This document shows, piece after piece, positions 63,726 to 64,000 of a stretch of 64,000 nt of DNA. The stretch lies in NCBI RefSeq assembly GCF_964213995.1, contig NC_135830.1, positions 1,550,001 through 1,614,000 on the forward strand. The letters run 5' to 3'. Every line of letters starts with the position of its first letter. Position 1 is the first letter of the stretch. The position numbers and the translations under genes are program-made. Under the pieces are notes generated by a model. That model worked only from the letters and a program-made list of their open reading frames with translations. It did not search any database and had not been told where the DNA came from. The stretch is from Mustelus asterias (taxonomy: Eukaryota).

Positions 63726-64000
63726 CTTTACTTTTTAAGCAAGAAGATGTGTGCAATCCTGGGTGAAGGCAGTGTGTGTGTGTGTCTCTCTCCCTGTTAT
63801 TAGATGTTCTGCTATGTTGGAAGCAGCTTTTCCTGCCTTCTTGGAGTGAAAGCTTTGCTGTAAGTGGTTTGCTGGCTGAAAATTAGAGGAGAGCAGTGGC
63901 TTTTTTTATACCTCGAAGTCTGCTGGAAGTTACAAGGCTGCAAATTCAGAGTTTCAATTCTCCAACCAAAGGACTAAGTGCCAATATCGTGTGAGCATTT

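Overview
Repeat-rich vertebrate DNA from a cartilaginous fish. The HE1-type SINEs, DeuSINE/SacSINE-like SINEs and CR1 LINEs point to a shark, probably carcharhiniform (inference). The window holds one complete, apparently intact immunoglobulin heavy-chain minicluster on the + strand. Its parts are: TATA (13557), leader (13656-13701), VH (13824-14124) with a 22/23-type RSS, a single D (14519-14532) with 12/12 RSSs, JH (14922-14969) with a 23-RSS, Cmu1-Cmu4 with secretory tailpiece (22650-27079), and TM1/TM2 exons (31692-31966). All splice phases are compatible and there are no stops. The most notable observation is that the V exon looks IgW-type (short FR3, ESHKLSC/HHM/WLLxYR) while J and all C exons are IgM-type. 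Only one D is present instead of the usual two, which suggests a germline IgW-V/IgM-C chimeric cluster with a simplified V-D-J layout. The C region also seems to lack two inter-domain cysteines seen in typical shark mu chains and has a Cys in the membrane-proximal spacer. The isotype and cysteine comparisons rest on recalled family sequences and need alignment. The rest is mobile DNA: nested CR1/hAT/Tx1 insertions, many SINEs, and Penelope-like termini with hammerhead-ribozyme cores and 12-13 bp TSDs. A 217-N gap lies in the J-C intron (19545-19761). No second Ig cluster was recognised.
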